A stretch of 64,000 nt of DNA from an uncultured delta proteobacterium (GTDB lineage: Bacteria; Myxococcota_A; Polyangia; Polyangiales; B10-G4), in NCBI GenBank assembly GCA_963727445.1, contig CAVSGI010000021.1, forward strand, positions 448,001 to 512,000. Direction: 5' to 3'. The first letter of the stretch is position 1, and the number at the start of each line of letters is the position of its first letter. Positions 8,974 to 19,317 of this stretch are shown here, piece by piece. The notes below the pieces were generated by a model, which did not search any database, was not told the DNA's origin, and saw nothing but the letters and a program-made list of their open reading frames with translations. Both the position numbers and the translations under genes were made by a program.

Positions 8974-10260
8974 ATGTGCGGACACACGTCTTGGCTCGCA
9001 GTCGCTGTGCTCCTCATCGCGTCATGCGGTGGACAGACCGCCACCGTCGTGGACGAGCACGGGACGGAGGAAGGAGGTGCGGTGACGCAGCCTGAAGCAC
9101 CACCTCCGGGATCCTTCGGTGACGACGTCTCGTTCCTCCGTCGCCACGTCTCGGATCTCGTGGTCCTCGAGGCCGACGGCGGGCGCGCACGGATCGCCGT
9201 GGCGCCCGCCTACCAGGGACGCGTCATGACCAGCACTGGCGGCGGGCTTCGGGGCGCGAGCTACGGTTTCGTCAATCGCGCGCTGATCGAGAGCGGTGAG
9301 CGTGCGCCCCACATGAACGCCTTCGGAGGTGAGGACCGCTTCTGGCTCGGCCCCGAGGGGAGCCGCTTCGCGCTCTATTTCGACGAGGGCGCGCCCATGG
9401 ATTTCGAGCACTGGCAGGTGCCGGAGGCCCTCGACTGGGGCGCGTGGGAGCTCATCGGACAGAGCTCGACCGAGGTGTCCTTCCGCAAGGAGATGAGCCT
9501 CACCAACTACGCCGGCACCACCCTCGGCATCCGGGTGGAGCGGACGGTTCGCCTCCTCGATCGCGGGGCGATCGGCGAGCAGCTGGGTATCCCGCTGCCC
9601 GATGACGTGGAGGTGGTCGGCTACGAATCGGTCAACGTGATCGAGAACGTCGGCGACGCCGCCTGGACGCGCCGGACCGGCGTGCCTTCGATCTGGATCC
9701 TCGGCATGTACAAGCCATCAGACGAGGCGATCGTGGTCCTGCCCTTCGCGCCGGGGCCGGCGGCTCGGCTGGGACCGGTGGTGAACGACGCGTACTTCGG
9801 CGAGGTGCCTTCGAACCGCCTTCGCGTCGGAGAGCAGGCGGTCTTCTTCCGGGCCGACGGCTCTGCGCGTGGGAAGATCGGCATCGGGCCCCGACGCGCG
9901 CTTCCCTCCATGGGCGCCTGGGATCCCGAGCGGCGCACCCTCACGCTGGTCCAGTACACCGAGCCCGAGACCGACGACGCCTTCTACGTCACCGCGCTGT
10001 GGGACCCCGAGGTGCCTCCCTACGAAGGCGACGTGGTCAACAGCTACAACGACGGCCCCGTCCAAGAGGGCGCCGAGCCCCTCGGTCCGTTCTACGAGCT
10101 CGAATCTTCGTCTCCGGGAGCCGCCCTGGCTCCGGGCGCTTCGATGCGGCACGTCCATCGCACGATGCACCTCACGGGGGCGCGCGACGTTCTCGACAAC
10201 GCGGCTGCGACGCACCTGGGCGTCGAGCTGCACACGATCGAGGACGCCTTCCTCGACTGA
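8974..10260 (+). CDS. DUF6786-like lipoprotein
   Basis: Lipobox IASC; YQGRVMTST, FGGEDRFWLGPEG, NSYNDGP, GPFYELESSSP. Confidence 0.7.
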   Translation: MCGHTSWLAVAVLLIASCGGQTATVVDEHGTEEGGAVTQPEAPPPGSFGDDVSFLRRHVSDLVVLEADGGRARIAVAPAYQGRVMTSTGGGLRGASYGFVNRALIESGERAPHMNAFGGEDRFWLGPEGSRFALYFDEGAPMDFEHWQVPEALDWGAWELIGQSSTEVSFRKEMSLTNYAGTTLGIRVERTVRLLDRGAIGEQLGIPLPDDVEVVGYESVNVIENVGDAAWTRRTGVPSIWILGMYKPSDEAIVVLPFAPGPAARLGPVVNDAYFGEVPSNRLRVGEQAVFFRADGSARGKIGIGPRRALPSMGAWDPERRTLTLVQYTEPETDDAFYVTALWDPEVPPYEGDVVNSYNDGPVQEGAEPLGPFYELESSSPGAALAPGASMRHVHRTMHLTGARDVLDNAAATHLGVELHTIEDAFLD

Positions 10261-12289
10261 GGAAGAGCAGCGCCAGCAGCAACAGCGTCGACCCCGAGTC
10301 TGCCTCGGTGGCGCTGCAGCCGCCGCCGCCTCCGCGCGCCGAAGGTGGTGAGCGATCGCGCGCTCCGTCGATGCGCCCCACCACCACCAGCTCCCCTGCG
10401 ACGACGCCCTGCACCCGCGCCTCGAGCGTCACGCTCTCGCCAGCGAAGAGCGTGGGGAGCGAGACGTGGTCGTGGACCACGCCCGCGCGCGCCTGGACCG
10501 TGTCCATGCGCTCCCCCGTGAGGTAGAGATCCACTGGGCCGGTGTAGGGACCGTCCGCGGTGGTCACGCGACCGGCGACCACCAGCGAGGGGCTCGCGGA
10601 ATCGACCGGCGCGGTCGTGACCAGGAAGGCGCCCACAGGTCCGGCATCGCCGGAGATGAACGCCTCGGCATCGAGGTGACCGAAGCCAGCATGGGGATCC
10701 CAGGGCTCACCCACGGGGCGCGCCGCGTAGCGAATGCGTTCGAAATCGAGCGCGTCGGAGGAAGCGCCGAGGCCGAGGGCGATGACGCCTGCCGCGAGCG
10801 GAGCGGTGAAGCTCGTCCCGGAGACCGCGACGCGATCGGGAGCGACGCGCTGTCGGGCGATCCGATCGGCTGCGCCACGAAAGAGGTTCCCCGGATCACC
10901 GTCGACCGCGTCGGAGGAGAGCGCGGTGACGACCAGCGCGCCGGGCGCGACCAGATCGGGCTTGGCGCGGCCGCCCGGCGGCGGCCCCACGGCGCTGAAG
11001 GCAGCTACGTCGCCGCTCTCGCCGTCGATGCGGACCTCGCCAATCTCGGTGTCGCGATGGGTGTAGGTGATCGACGCGCCCACCGTGAGGACGCCCTCGG
11101 CCGTGCCGGGCACCGTGACGGTTCCGCTCTCCTCGACGAAGGGACCGCGGAAGCGCGGCCCGAGCAGGGTGTTGCCGAGATCGTAGTCGACAATCCACGC
11201 ATCGAATCGGCCGCTGGTCTCGAGCGCCAGCTCGTAGTCTCCACCGAAGGTTCCGGTCTCGCCGTTGCCGAGGATCACGTAGAGAGTGCCACTGCGAGGA
11301 TCGGTAGCGAGGGTTCCATCCACCAACACGTGGGCGTCGGGGCCCGTCGCTTCGTCCCGACTGCCGAGCCCGATGGGGCCTACGCGCGTTCCGTCCGGGG
11401 CGGTGACGGTGAGGCGCGCGCTGGAGATGGCGGTGATGGCGATGCTCACGAAGCGCGTGTCGTCGGCGGTCTCGGGTCGCGGCACGGCGAGCTCGAGCGG
11501 GACGGCGGCGCGCGCCCCCAGGGAGCCAGTGGCATGGATGGGCGCGTCCCCGTCGTTGCCGGCGGCGACCACGATCCGTGCGCCCGACGCGGCGAGGGCG
11601 TCGAGCGCGAGGTCGAGGGGCTCGCTCCCGTCGTGGCGGCCGTCGTGTCCGCCGAAGGAGAGCACGGCGACTGTCCGATCCGGATCGTCGACCGCGAAGC
11701 AGGCCTGGGTGCCGAGAGCGATGCGTGAGTCGGAGAAGCCCAGGCCCTCTTCCAGCGGGAGCTTCACCACGATGAGCGACGCCTTCGGCGCCGCGCCCGC
11801 GAGCGGGCCCGGATCCTCACCGACGTCGGCGTCGTCACCCACCGCCACCGCGGCGACCGCCGTTCCGTGGCCGTTGGTGTCGCGGGGGACGTCCTCGCTC
11901 GCGTCGAGCTCGTCCCCCCGCCAGACGGCGCAGTCGAACATCTCTTCGAGCGCGGTGTGGATGCCGCGCGGCGGGCTCTCGAAGTCGAAGAGCCAGCGAA
12001 CGCGGGTGGCCCCGTGGGTGTCGCGGAAGTCGCGATGCGAGAGGTCCACGCCGGTGTCGACGACGCAGACGCTGGCGCCCGTTCCGTCGAGGCCCGTGGT
12101 GTTCCGTACGGCGATGATGCCCGCGGCTTCGGTCGCCGCATCCAAGAGCGGTCGCCGCGGCCAGCGCGGTGCGAAGCCGCCATCGGAGGCGGCGCGGAGC
12201 AGCCGTCCGGGATCGGGGAGCTGCGCGCGGGCGTCGCTCGCCGCCGCGAGGAAGGAAAGAAGGAGCAAGGAGACGAGGATGCGCATCAC
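10172..12289 (-). CDS. S8 subtilisin-like serine peptidase with MYXO-CTERM-like sorting signal
   Basis: Signal peptide; triad VVDTG / NGHGT / SGTSFTAP, oxyanion AAGN; GGGGCS..LLLLALLFLSRGRR tail. Confidence 0.88.
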   Translation of the reverse strand: MMRILVSLLLLSFLAAASDARAQLPDPGRLLRAASDGGFAPRWPRRPLLDAATEAAGIIAVRNTTGLDGTGASVCVVDTGVDLSHRDFRDTHGATRVRWLFDFESPPRGIHTALEEMFDCAVWRGDELDASEDVPRDTNGHGTAVAAVAVGDDADVGEDPGPLAGAAPKASLIVVKLPLEEGLGFSDSRIALGTQACFAVDDPDRTVAVLSFGGHDGRHDGSEPLDLALDALAASGARIVVAAGNDGDAPIHATGSLGARAAVPLELAVPRPETADDTRFVSIAITAISSARLTVTAPDGTRVGPIGLGSRDEATGPDAHVLVDGTLATDPRSGTLYVILGNGETGTFGGDYELALETSGRFDAWIVDYDLGNTLLGPRFRGPFVEESGTVTVPGTAEGVLTVGASITYTHRDTEIGEVRIDGESGDVAAFSAVGPPPGGRAKPDLVAPGALVVTALSSDAVDGDPGNLFRGAADRIARQRVAPDRVAVSGTSFTAPLAAGVIALGLGASSDALDFERIRYAARPVGEPWDPHAGFGHLDAEAFISGDAGPVGAFLVTTAPVDSASPSLVVAGRVTTADGPYTGPVDLYLTGERMDTVQARAGVVHDHVSLPTLFAGESVTLEARVQGVVAGELVVVGRIDGARDRSPPSARGGGGGCSATEADSGSTLLLLALLFLSRGRRPRSCAARRPGASQPRCRERRAPP

Positions 12290-13179
12290 AGCTGCGAGGC
12301 GAGATCGAGGAGACGGGATTCGAAGGGGGCGGGGACCGCCGGCTCGAGGGAGTGCAGAACGCTGGCGAGGGGATCGGGCGCGGGTCGGGCGGCGCCCGGC
12401 GCGCCGCCCTTCGAGCCGCCGAAGATCCGTGAGAGGACGCCGGCGCGGCGGCGCGGCGGCGCGCTTTCGGCGGGCCGGGAAGGCAGGCCCGCGGGGGGCG
12501 GGACTGCCGCGGCGGGCGCGGCGGGGGCCTCCTCGTCGAAAGCGCCGTCGTCCGCCAGCTCGTCCTGCGCCATCGCGCGGCCCGCCGACGGCAGAGGCGC
12601 GGGCGCGCGCGGCGCCGGGAGCGCCTCGCGCGCGGCGAGCTCTTCCAGCGGCTCGACGCGCTCGAGAGCGGCGCGCATGCGCGAGAGCGCGCGGCTGACC
12701 CGCATCCGGGTCGCGCCGGCGCGGAGGCCGAAGACGTTGGCGAGCTCGTCGTAACTGAGCCCGTGCCGGTAGCGCAGGATGACCAGCGCGCGCTCGCCCT
12801 CGTCGAGCGCGGCGAGCGCGCGAAGCACGTCGGCGCGGTGCGAGAGGAGCTCGGAGGTCAGCGGTGACTCGTCCGGCGCGTCGCTCGGCTCGACGTCGCT
12901 GAAGGGCGCGCGGCCCTGGCTGCGGAGGTGATCGATGCAGCGGTTGCGCGCGATCGCCAGGAGCCAGGTGCGGCTCGACGCCTCGCGGCGATAGCTCGGC
13001 AGTGCGGAGAAAGCGCGGCTGAAGACGTCCTGGGCGAGATCCTCGGCGGTGAGTCGGTCGCGGATCATCGCTGAGCAGAGCCCATGCACCTCGTGGGCGT
13101 AGCGCTTGACCAACCAGGTCCCGGCGCCGCGCAGGTCCCCCGCGTCGAGGAGCCGATGAAGCTCTTCGTCGCCGAGCAC
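12286..13179 (-). CDS. ECF sigma-70 family RNA polymerase sigma factor with Pro/Ala-rich C-terminal extension
   Basis: AEDLAQDVF, TWLLAIARNRCIDHLR, GLSYDELANVFG..TRMRVSRA; GTG 13179 preceded by GGAGG right after the pcnB stop. Confidence 0.88.
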   Translation of the reverse strand: MLGDEELHRLLDAGDLRGAGTWLVKRYAHEVHGLCSAMIRDRLTAEDLAQDVFSRAFSALPSYRREASSRTWLLAIARNRCIDHLRSQGRAPFSDVEPSDAPDESPLTSELLSHRADVLRALAALDEGERALVILRYRHGLSYDELANVFGLRAGATRMRVSRALSRMRAALERVEPLEELAAREALPAPRAPAPLPSAGRAMAQDELADDGAFDEEAPAAPAAAVPPPAGLPSRPAESAPPRRRAGVLSRIFGGSKGGAPGAARPAPDPLASVLHSLEPAVPAPFESRLLDLASQL

Positions 13180-13180
13180 C

Positions 13181-14538
13181 TCAGCGCCTCCGTCGCCGGC
13201 GTCGCCGCCTTCGCCGCCGGCCGCCCCCGGAGGATCCGTCGGGCTCGGCGCCATCCGGGTCGGTGGCCCATTGAGGGATCTCGCGGCCGAGCGACTCGCA
13301 CTCGATGGCGAAATGTGTCGCGGCGTCGGAGAAGAAGTCGCGACGGGGAAGGGCGCCCAGCTTGCCGGTGGCGAGACGCCGCTGGGCCAGGACGATCGAG
13401 CGCACGCGATCCTTGAGGCGGCGCGGGATCGTGAGGCGCTGAGAGATGTCTTCGAAGAACTCCTCGAAGGCGACCGACGGATCGGTCGCGTCCTCGAGGT
13501 ATTCGGTGATCGGCCCGACCAGCAGGGTGGAGAAGAGCACCGCGTCCCGGGGGAGCCGGTCGTCCTGCTGGCGCTGGTCGACGGCGTCGAGGCGCTTCCA
13601 CAGCTCGTCGGTCCCCTCCGCTTCGTCGTCGAGCCAGCTGGCGAGCTCGGGCAGGAGCACCGAGAGCACACCCGTGTCCCAGAGCAACCACACCGAGCGA
13701 TGGGCAGCGCCGCCGCGGAGCAGGCGCAGGATCTCTTCGAGCACGCGCGGTCGGGCCGCGCGATCGAGATCGGCACGACACTCGACGATGGCGTCGTAGA
13801 GCTCGGGATCGATGCCGATGTCGAGACGCGCGCTGAACTTGATGGCCCTGAGGATGCGGATCGGATCCTCCCGCAGGCGGATGTCGGGGTGGCCGATGGT
13901 CTTGACCAACCGCTGGCGCAGGTCGGGGACGCCGCCGACGTAGTCGATGACCTCGGAGTTCTCGAGGTCGTAGAAGAGGCCGTTGATGGTGAAGTCGCGG
14001 CGGATCGCGTCCTCGTAGGGCTCGCCGAAGACGTTGTCGTGGCGGATCAGGAGATCCGCGTCGTCGCTTCGATCCTTGCGGGCGGGGCGGAGGATCAGGG
14101 GCGGCTCGTCGTAGCCTTTCACCGGGACGCCTTCGCGGACCTCGAAGCTCTGCCCCGGGTCGCGGCGGAAGGTCGCGGTCTCGATGATCTTTCCCCACCG
14201 AAGAGGATGTGGGCCAGCCGGAAGCGACGGCCGATGATGCGGCAGTTGCGGAAGAGGCGCCGGACCTCCTCGGGGCGGGCGTTGGTGGCGACGTCGAAGT
14301 CCTTGGGCCGCCGATCGAGGAGGAGATCCCGAACCCCCCCGCCGACCAGGTAGGCGGTGTAGCCGTGGCGGTTGAGCCTCCGGATCACCTTCACCGCGTC
14401 GGGATCGATGTTCTTTTCGTCGATCCCCTCGTCGTAGCGGGCAGGGGGCGGCGCTTCCTCTTCGAGGACCCAATCCTCGTCCGAGGCTTCCTTGTCCGTT
14501 GGGGACAGACTGTCTATATCCGATGCCACGGAGTCCAT
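13181..14538 (-). CDS. pcnB: Poly(A) polymerase PcnB; -1 frameshift in a G4 run at 14193-14196
   Basis: [19 protein letters not shown] and [13 protein letters not shown] in one frame, [30 protein letters not shown] in the next. Confidence 0.9.
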
Positions 14539-14667
14539 GGCGCTTTCTCGAGACCCTGCTGCCGCAGTCCAGGCCCTCTCCCGGGCCCCGTCTCGGCGCC
14601 CGAATGGGCGCGCGTCGCTGAGGTGTGTAGCAATCTCGGCTCCCTTCCGCAATCTGGAGTCGACCCC

Positions 14668-15738
14668 ATGACCCTCTCCCTCTCCCAGGCCGCCGGTCAG
14701 GTGCTCGTCGCCGGCTTTCCCGGCCCCGACGCCCCCCAGCGCCTCGTCGACGCCGCTCGGGCCGGCCAGCTGGGCGGCGTCATCCTCTTCAAGCGTAACC
14801 TCACGACCCCCGAGCGGGTGCCCGAGACCCTCCGGCCGCTTGTCGAGGCGGCCCCCGCCGAGCTACCGCTCCTGACGGCCATCGACCAGGAAGGGGGGCG
14901 GGTGGCCCGGCTCGGAGCGCCGGTGGTGAAGCTGCCGCCGATGCGGCGGCTGGGTGAGATCGACGATCCCGAGCTCACCGAGCGGGCGGGCCGGGTGCTG
15001 GGGCGCCAGCTGGCGGCCCTCGGGCTGAGCTGCGACTTCGCGCCCGTCCTGGACGTGGACACCAACCCCGACAATCCGGTGATCGGCGACCGCTCCTTCG
15101 GCCAGAGCCCAGCGGTGGTGATCCGCCACGCCCTGGCCTTCGCCCGGGGGCTCGCCTCCGCGAAGATCCTCGGCTGCGGCAAGCACTTTCCCGGGCATGG
15201 CGACACCGAGCTCGACAGCCACCTCGCCCTGCCACGCCTGAGCCACGACCGCGCCCGCCTGGACGAAGTGGAGCTCGCCCCCTTCGTGGCGGCGCGCGGA
15301 CAGATCCCGACCTTGATGACGGCTCACGTGATCTTCGACGCCCTCGATCCCGAGGTCCCCGCGACGCTCTCGAGGAAGGTGATCACCGGCCTGTTGCGCG
15401 AGGAGCTCGGGTACGACGGCCTGATCATCAGCGACGACCTCGAGATGAAAGCGGTGAGCGAAGGGTGGGGCGTCGTGGACGCAGGCCTTCGCGCGATCGA
15501 GGCGGGCTGCGACACGCTCCTCGTCTGCTCGGACCTCGACGCGATGGTCGCCACCCGCGAAGCCCTGGCCGCACGCGCCGCGGGGGACGTCGCCTTCGAA
15601 GCGCGCCTGATGAACGCCGCGGAGCGGAGCATCGGCGTGCGGCGAAAGTGCCCGCCGCGCTTCGGCGACGGAGGCCCCGGGCTCGCCGCCGAGGCGCGCG
15701 CGCTCGAGGCGGAGATCGCGCGAAGACTCGGCGACTGA
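14668..15738 (+). CDS. nagZ: Beta-N-acetylhexosaminidase (GH3)
   Basis: [48 protein letters not shown]. Confidence 0.93.
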   Translation: MTLSLSQAAGQVLVAGFPGPDAPQRLVDAARAGQLGGVILFKRNLTTPERVPETLRPLVEAAPAELPLLTAIDQEGGRVARLGAPVVKLPPMRRLGEIDDPELTERAGRVLGRQLAALGLSCDFAPVLDVDTNPDNPVIGDRSFGQSPAVVIRHALAFARGLASAKILGCGKHFPGHGDTELDSHLALPRLSHDRARLDEVELAPFVAARGQIPTLMTAHVIFDALDPEVPATLSRKVITGLLREELGYDGLIISDDLEMKAVSEGWGVVDAGLRAIEAGCDTLLVCSDLDAMVATREALAARAAGDVAFEARLMNAAERSIGVRRKCPPRFGDGGPGLAAEARALEAEIARRLGD

Positions 15739-15818
15739 CCTCGTGTCGATTGCCCCTTGTCGCCCGCATCCGGGGAGTTACCGGCCCCGCTACGGAAGTA
15801 CGAGCCCAGGAGGCAAGC

Positions 15819-16127
15819 ATGCGAATTCTGATGGAAGTGAACTTTCCCCACGAGCCATTCAACAGCTGCGTTCGGGACGGGACGGCAGGGCAGAAGATCG
15901 AGAAGGTGATGGAGGAGCTCCGCCCCCAGTCGATCTACTTCACGGAGCGCGGCGGACATCGCGGCTGCGTGGCCATCGTCGACGTGCCCAACGCCGCGCG
16001 GATCCCCGCGCTGGCCGAGCCGTTCTTCCTCTACTTCAACGCCGACGTGCACATGCGCATCGCGATGACTCCCGACGAGCTGAAGAAGGCCGAGCTCACG
16101 TCTCTCGGCAAGCGCTGGGCCGATTGA
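15819..16127 (+). CDS. Small conserved hypothetical protein (102 aa)
   Basis: AGGAGG SD; MRILMEVNFPHEPFN..IYFTE..IPALAEPFFL..MTPDEL. Confidence 0.75.
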   Translation: MRILMEVNFPHEPFNSCVRDGTAGQKIEKVMEELRPQSIYFTERGGHRGCVAIVDVPNAARIPALAEPFFLYFNADVHMRIAMTPDELKKAELTSLGKRWAD

Positions 16128-16228
16128 ATCGCGCCTCCACGGCTCGTCGCGGTGGGCTACTCGCGCGCGGGTAGCCCAGCGCGGCGCGCTGGTCGGGCGC
16201 CGCCCCGCCTTGTACCGTCCTCGCCGAG

Positions 16229-16948
16229 ATGACCATCGGCGTGCCTCTGCTTCCGGCGGGCTACAGCATCGAATCGTCCGATCCCCGGTCCGTCGACGAC
16301 AGGACCATGCTGGGTCTCCACGCGCTCGCCAACACCATGGCGAGCGAGCCCTACGCGCACTTCCTCGAGCACGCGCACGACAACGACGTGCTCTACGTCT
16401 TTCGCGGGCCGGACGGCGAGGAGGCGGGCTTCCAGTTCTGGAAGACCTTCGGGGAGCCGGGCCCGGTGCGGTATGCGCTGGGCGGCAAGCTCCGGGTTCG
16501 ACCGGAGGCGAGGCGCAAGGGCCTCCACGTCGCGGCGGGGCTGGCGCTGCTGCACCGTGAGAGACGCGCGCATCCCGACGCGCGCGTGCGCAGGCTCGCC
16601 ATCGTGAACCCCTTCGGCTTCGCCTCGCTGGTGCGCAGGCTCGCGCGGTGGGAGTGGGTCGGCCCCGGAGCGAACGAAGCGATCCATCCCATCGTCGCCC
16701 GCGAGTGCGAAGGGAGCGGCTTTCGCTTCGATCCCACGACAGGCCTCGCCCACGTGGGGATCACGCCCACCGCCGGCCAGATCGCCGCCTACCCCGAGTC
16801 CTTCTGGTCGTCGGAGCTCGTCCGGAGCTATCTCGCGAAGAACCCTCGCTACCGCGAGGACGGCACCAACCTGGTGCTGGTCTTCGACGCCGACGACGAC
16901 AACCTCGAAGCGCTGGGGCGGAGCCTGCGCGAGCGGGCGCCCAGGTGA
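16229..16948 (+). CDS. Hypothetical protein, possible GNAT-fold
   Basis: 239-aa ORF with LRVRPEARRKGL, resembling the acetyl-CoA-binding motif A. Confidence 0.6.
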   Translation: MTIGVPLLPAGYSIESSDPRSVDDRTMLGLHALANTMASEPYAHFLEHAHDNDVLYVFRGPDGEEAGFQFWKTFGEPGPVRYALGGKLRVRPEARRKGLHVAAGLALLHRERRAHPDARVRRLAIVNPFGFASLVRRLARWEWVGPGANEAIHPIVARECEGSGFRFDPTTGLAHVGITPTAGQIAAYPESFWSSELVRSYLAKNPRYREDGTNLVLVFDADDDNLEALGRSLRERAPR

Positions 16949-17062
16949 TCAGCACGCGCGCCTCATCCTCTGGGTGGGCCGCGCATCGCCTGAGATGTGC
17001 CGACGAGCGGCGCCTGGGGTCCGGGCTTTTCCAAGCGTGCCCTCCGTGTGAGGATGGGACCC

Positions 17063-17467
17063 ATGAACCCACGCCTGCTTCCGTGTCCGTCATGCGCTCG
17101 CCACGTTCGTGTGTCCGAGGCGAGTTGTCCTTTCTGCACAGCAGCGCTTCCGCTCAGCCACCGGCGCGCCGGCCCGGCACCGCTCCCCAAGCGTCGTCTC
17201 GGTCGCGCTGCTTTGGCCGCGTTCGGGGCGGCGGCGATCGCGACCAGCGGATGTGGTGACGACGGGACGGCGATGGACTCGAGCGTCGCCGACTCCGCCA
17301 TCGACACCATCCCTTCGTTCGACGCCGCCTATGGCGGCCCGCCGGACACCGGTCCGCTCGATGCCGCGGTGGACGCCACCCCCGACGCGGCCCTGGACGC
17401 GGCCGCAGACGCCTCTGCCGATGGCGGGGATGGGGGCGGGGCCGACGCATCGGGCGACGGCGGCTGA
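17063..17467 (+). CDS. Small lipoprotein-like protein with N-terminal CxxC/CxxC zinc ribbon and YGGPP motif
   Basis: CPSC..CPFC, RRLGRAALAAFGAAAIATSGC, AAYGGPP, Asp/Ala/Gly-rich tail. Confidence 0.7.
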   Translation: MNPRLLPCPSCARHVRVSEASCPFCTAALPLSHRRAGPAPLPKRRLGRAALAAFGAAAIATSGCGDDGTAMDSSVADSAIDTIPSFDAAYGGPPDTGPLDAAVDATPDAALDAAADASADGGDGGGADASGDGG

Positions 17468-17537
17468 TCCGCTCCAGATCGCGCACTTCTCTCGCCGTCG
17501 CTTGCGTCTTTTGCCCCGCTCCTTACCTTCGTGGGCC

Positions 17538-18323
17538 ATGGCGGGGCGCTACAGCGACGACGAGATGAAGGAGATCCTCCGTCGGGCGCTCGAGGGCGAC
17601 GCGAGCGGGGATGGGGTCGAGCACGAGGATCTGGTGGCGGCCGCTGCCGAAGTGGGCATCGGCCGCGAGCTCGTCGAGCGCGCCGCCATCGAGATGCGTG
17701 ACGAGCGCGAGGCCCTCGCGCGCGTTCAACAGAAGCAGCGCAAGCGCCGGCGCAGGTTCTGGCGGTCCCTGGGCACCTTCGCCGTGGTCAACGCCTTCCT
17801 CTTCGCCATCGATTACCTCACCCCGGGCGGGCCGTGGTTCTACTGGCCGCTCCTCGGCTGGGGCCTGATGGTGGCGCTTCATGGGCTGCGCGTCCTGCCG
17901 CCGATGAGCGAGGACATGCAGCGCGAGCTCGTCGAAGAAGAGAAGCGCCGCATCGCGCGTCAGCGCCAGCGCGAAGCGCGCCGGCTGGCCAAGGAGGCCG
18001 AGCGGCGTGCGCGCCGCGAACGGCGGGGCGATCGTTCCGCAGCCGAGTCGGCCTTCGAGACGGCGGTGGAAGAAGGCGTCACCGCGCTGCTCAACGCGCT
18101 CGCCGGTCAGCTCTCCCGCGTCTCGCAGGGAGCCAGCGAGGGCCGCGCGCCCTCGGAGTTCGATCGCTACGTCGCGGGCGAGAAGGGCAAGGAGCGGATC
18201 CCTTCCGCCGACGCCCCCGTGACGCCCGCTTCACCGCGCGCCCGCGTCTCGATCGATCGAGCGGCCGCCGAGGTCGTCGAGGAAGAGCTCGAAGAAGCGC
18301 GCCGTCGCCGCCAGAGCGGCTGA
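17538..18323 (+). CDS. 2TM domain-containing protein
   Basis: YSDDEMKEILRRAL; FAVVNAFLFAID..WFYWPLLGWGLMVALH. Confidence 0.8.
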   Translation: MAGRYSDDEMKEILRRALEGDASGDGVEHEDLVAAAAEVGIGRELVERAAIEMRDEREALARVQQKQRKRRRRFWRSLGTFAVVNAFLFAIDYLTPGGPWFYWPLLGWGLMVALHGLRVLPPMSEDMQRELVEEEKRRIARQRQREARRLAKEAERRARRERRGDRSAAESAFETAVEEGVTALLNALAGQLSRVSQGASEGRAPSEFDRYVAGEKGKERIPSADAPVTPASPRARVSIDRAAAEVVEEELEEARRRRQSG

Positions 18324-18333
18324 GCTCCGGGCG

Positions 18334-19140
18334 CTACGCCACCGCGCGACGCTGATCGTCTCCGGCCACCAGATGCACGTCCGCGTCGAGGTAATAGCCT
18401 GCGTCGATCGTGACGATCAGCCCCTCGAGGCCCGTGCGACGAAGCGCATGGAGCGCGACGTGCACCCGGTTCTTCGCCTTGCTGCGCGTCAGCGAGGCGC
18501 CGTCTTCGGGCCACCCCACACGCACCAGCTCTTCGACCGAAGACGGATCCTCCGGCGCCGCGAGGCGCGTCAACGCCAGGTGGCGCAGGATGCGACGCGC
18601 GCTCATGCGCTGTCCCAGGTCCACCTCGCGCCCGTCCGGGAGCACGAACCACTGGGCTTCGGGACCGACCTCGAGGACCTTCGGCGGTGGCGGGACGACG
18701 GCGTGCGCGCGCTCGCCCGCGAGCTCGAGCGGCGCTCCGGCCGAGACGAGAAAGCGCGCGTTCGGCGCGCCACCCGACAGCCGTTGGATCAGAGCCCCGA
18801 GCTCGCCAGCGAGGTCGTCGGAGGAGTCGAAGAGCAACAGCGCGTGACCGGCCTCGGCGAGGGAGCGCGTCAGGAGCGCGTCGGTGGGCGTCTCGTTCTT
18901 CTTCATTCCGAGAGAGCGCGCGAGCTTCGCCCGGACCTCCTCCATGCTCGAGGGGTCGAGCACGCGGTGGACGCCGCCCTGGCCTTCGAAGGTGAAGGCC
19001 GGCTCCAGGAAGTTGGCCAGGTCCTTCGCGAGCTTGGACTTCTCGCGCCGCGAGGAGCCGGTGAGGGTCACGATCTTCGCCTCCTCGAGGAAGAGGTCTT
19101 CGATCGCCGTCAGGTCTTCGTTTTCGGTCCGAGTCTCCAT
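18334..19140 (-). CDS. Degenerate STAND-like ATPase fragment fused to a C-terminal winged-HTH
   Basis: IVTLTGSSRREKSKLA (eroded Walker A), LLLFDSSDDL, C-terminal ELVRVGWP..NRVHVALHALRRTGL..GYYLD. Confidence 0.7.
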   Translation of the reverse strand: METRTENEDLTAIEDLFLEEAKIVTLTGSSRREKSKLAKDLANFLEPAFTFEGQGGVHRVLDPSSMEEVRAKLARSLGMKKNETPTDALLTRSLAEAGHALLLFDSSDDLAGELGALIQRLSGGAPNARFLVSAGAPLELAGERAHAVVPPPPKVLEVGPEAQWFVLPDGREVDLGQRMSARRILRHLALTRLAAPEDPSSVEELVRVGWPEDGASLTRSKAKNRVHVALHALRRTGLEGLIVTIDAGYYLDADVHLVAGDDQRRAVA

Positions 19141-19153
19141 GCGGGCGCTGATG

Positions 19154-19169
19154 TGCAGCCGCCGTGCCG
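19154..19169 (-). promoter_or_regulatory. sigma54 -24/-12 promoter CGGCACGGCGGCTGCA
   Basis: GG-N10-GC with GGCAC core, 13 nt upstream of ATG 19140. Confidence 0.6.
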
Positions 19170-19317
19170 CTTGTGAAGCGCCCGATCTGAGCACTTCTCT
19201 CCGCGGATCGGGCCCTCTCCGCGGGCCCCGCTCGCGGACTGCGCCGGGCGCCTGTTCGTCCTCTGGACGGTGGCTGCTTAAGGTGCGAACCAGAGAGCGC
19301 GGCCCGAAATCACGGGG

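Noticed and set aside
13181..14538. pcnB as a true pseudogene or programmed frameshift
   Set aside because: Single-base loss in a homopolymer with both halves conserved, and many similar indels across the window point to sequencing error.
15739..15818. Possible riboswitch leader before the small 15819 gene
   Set aside because: No recognisable riboswitch consensus; only weak GC pairing.
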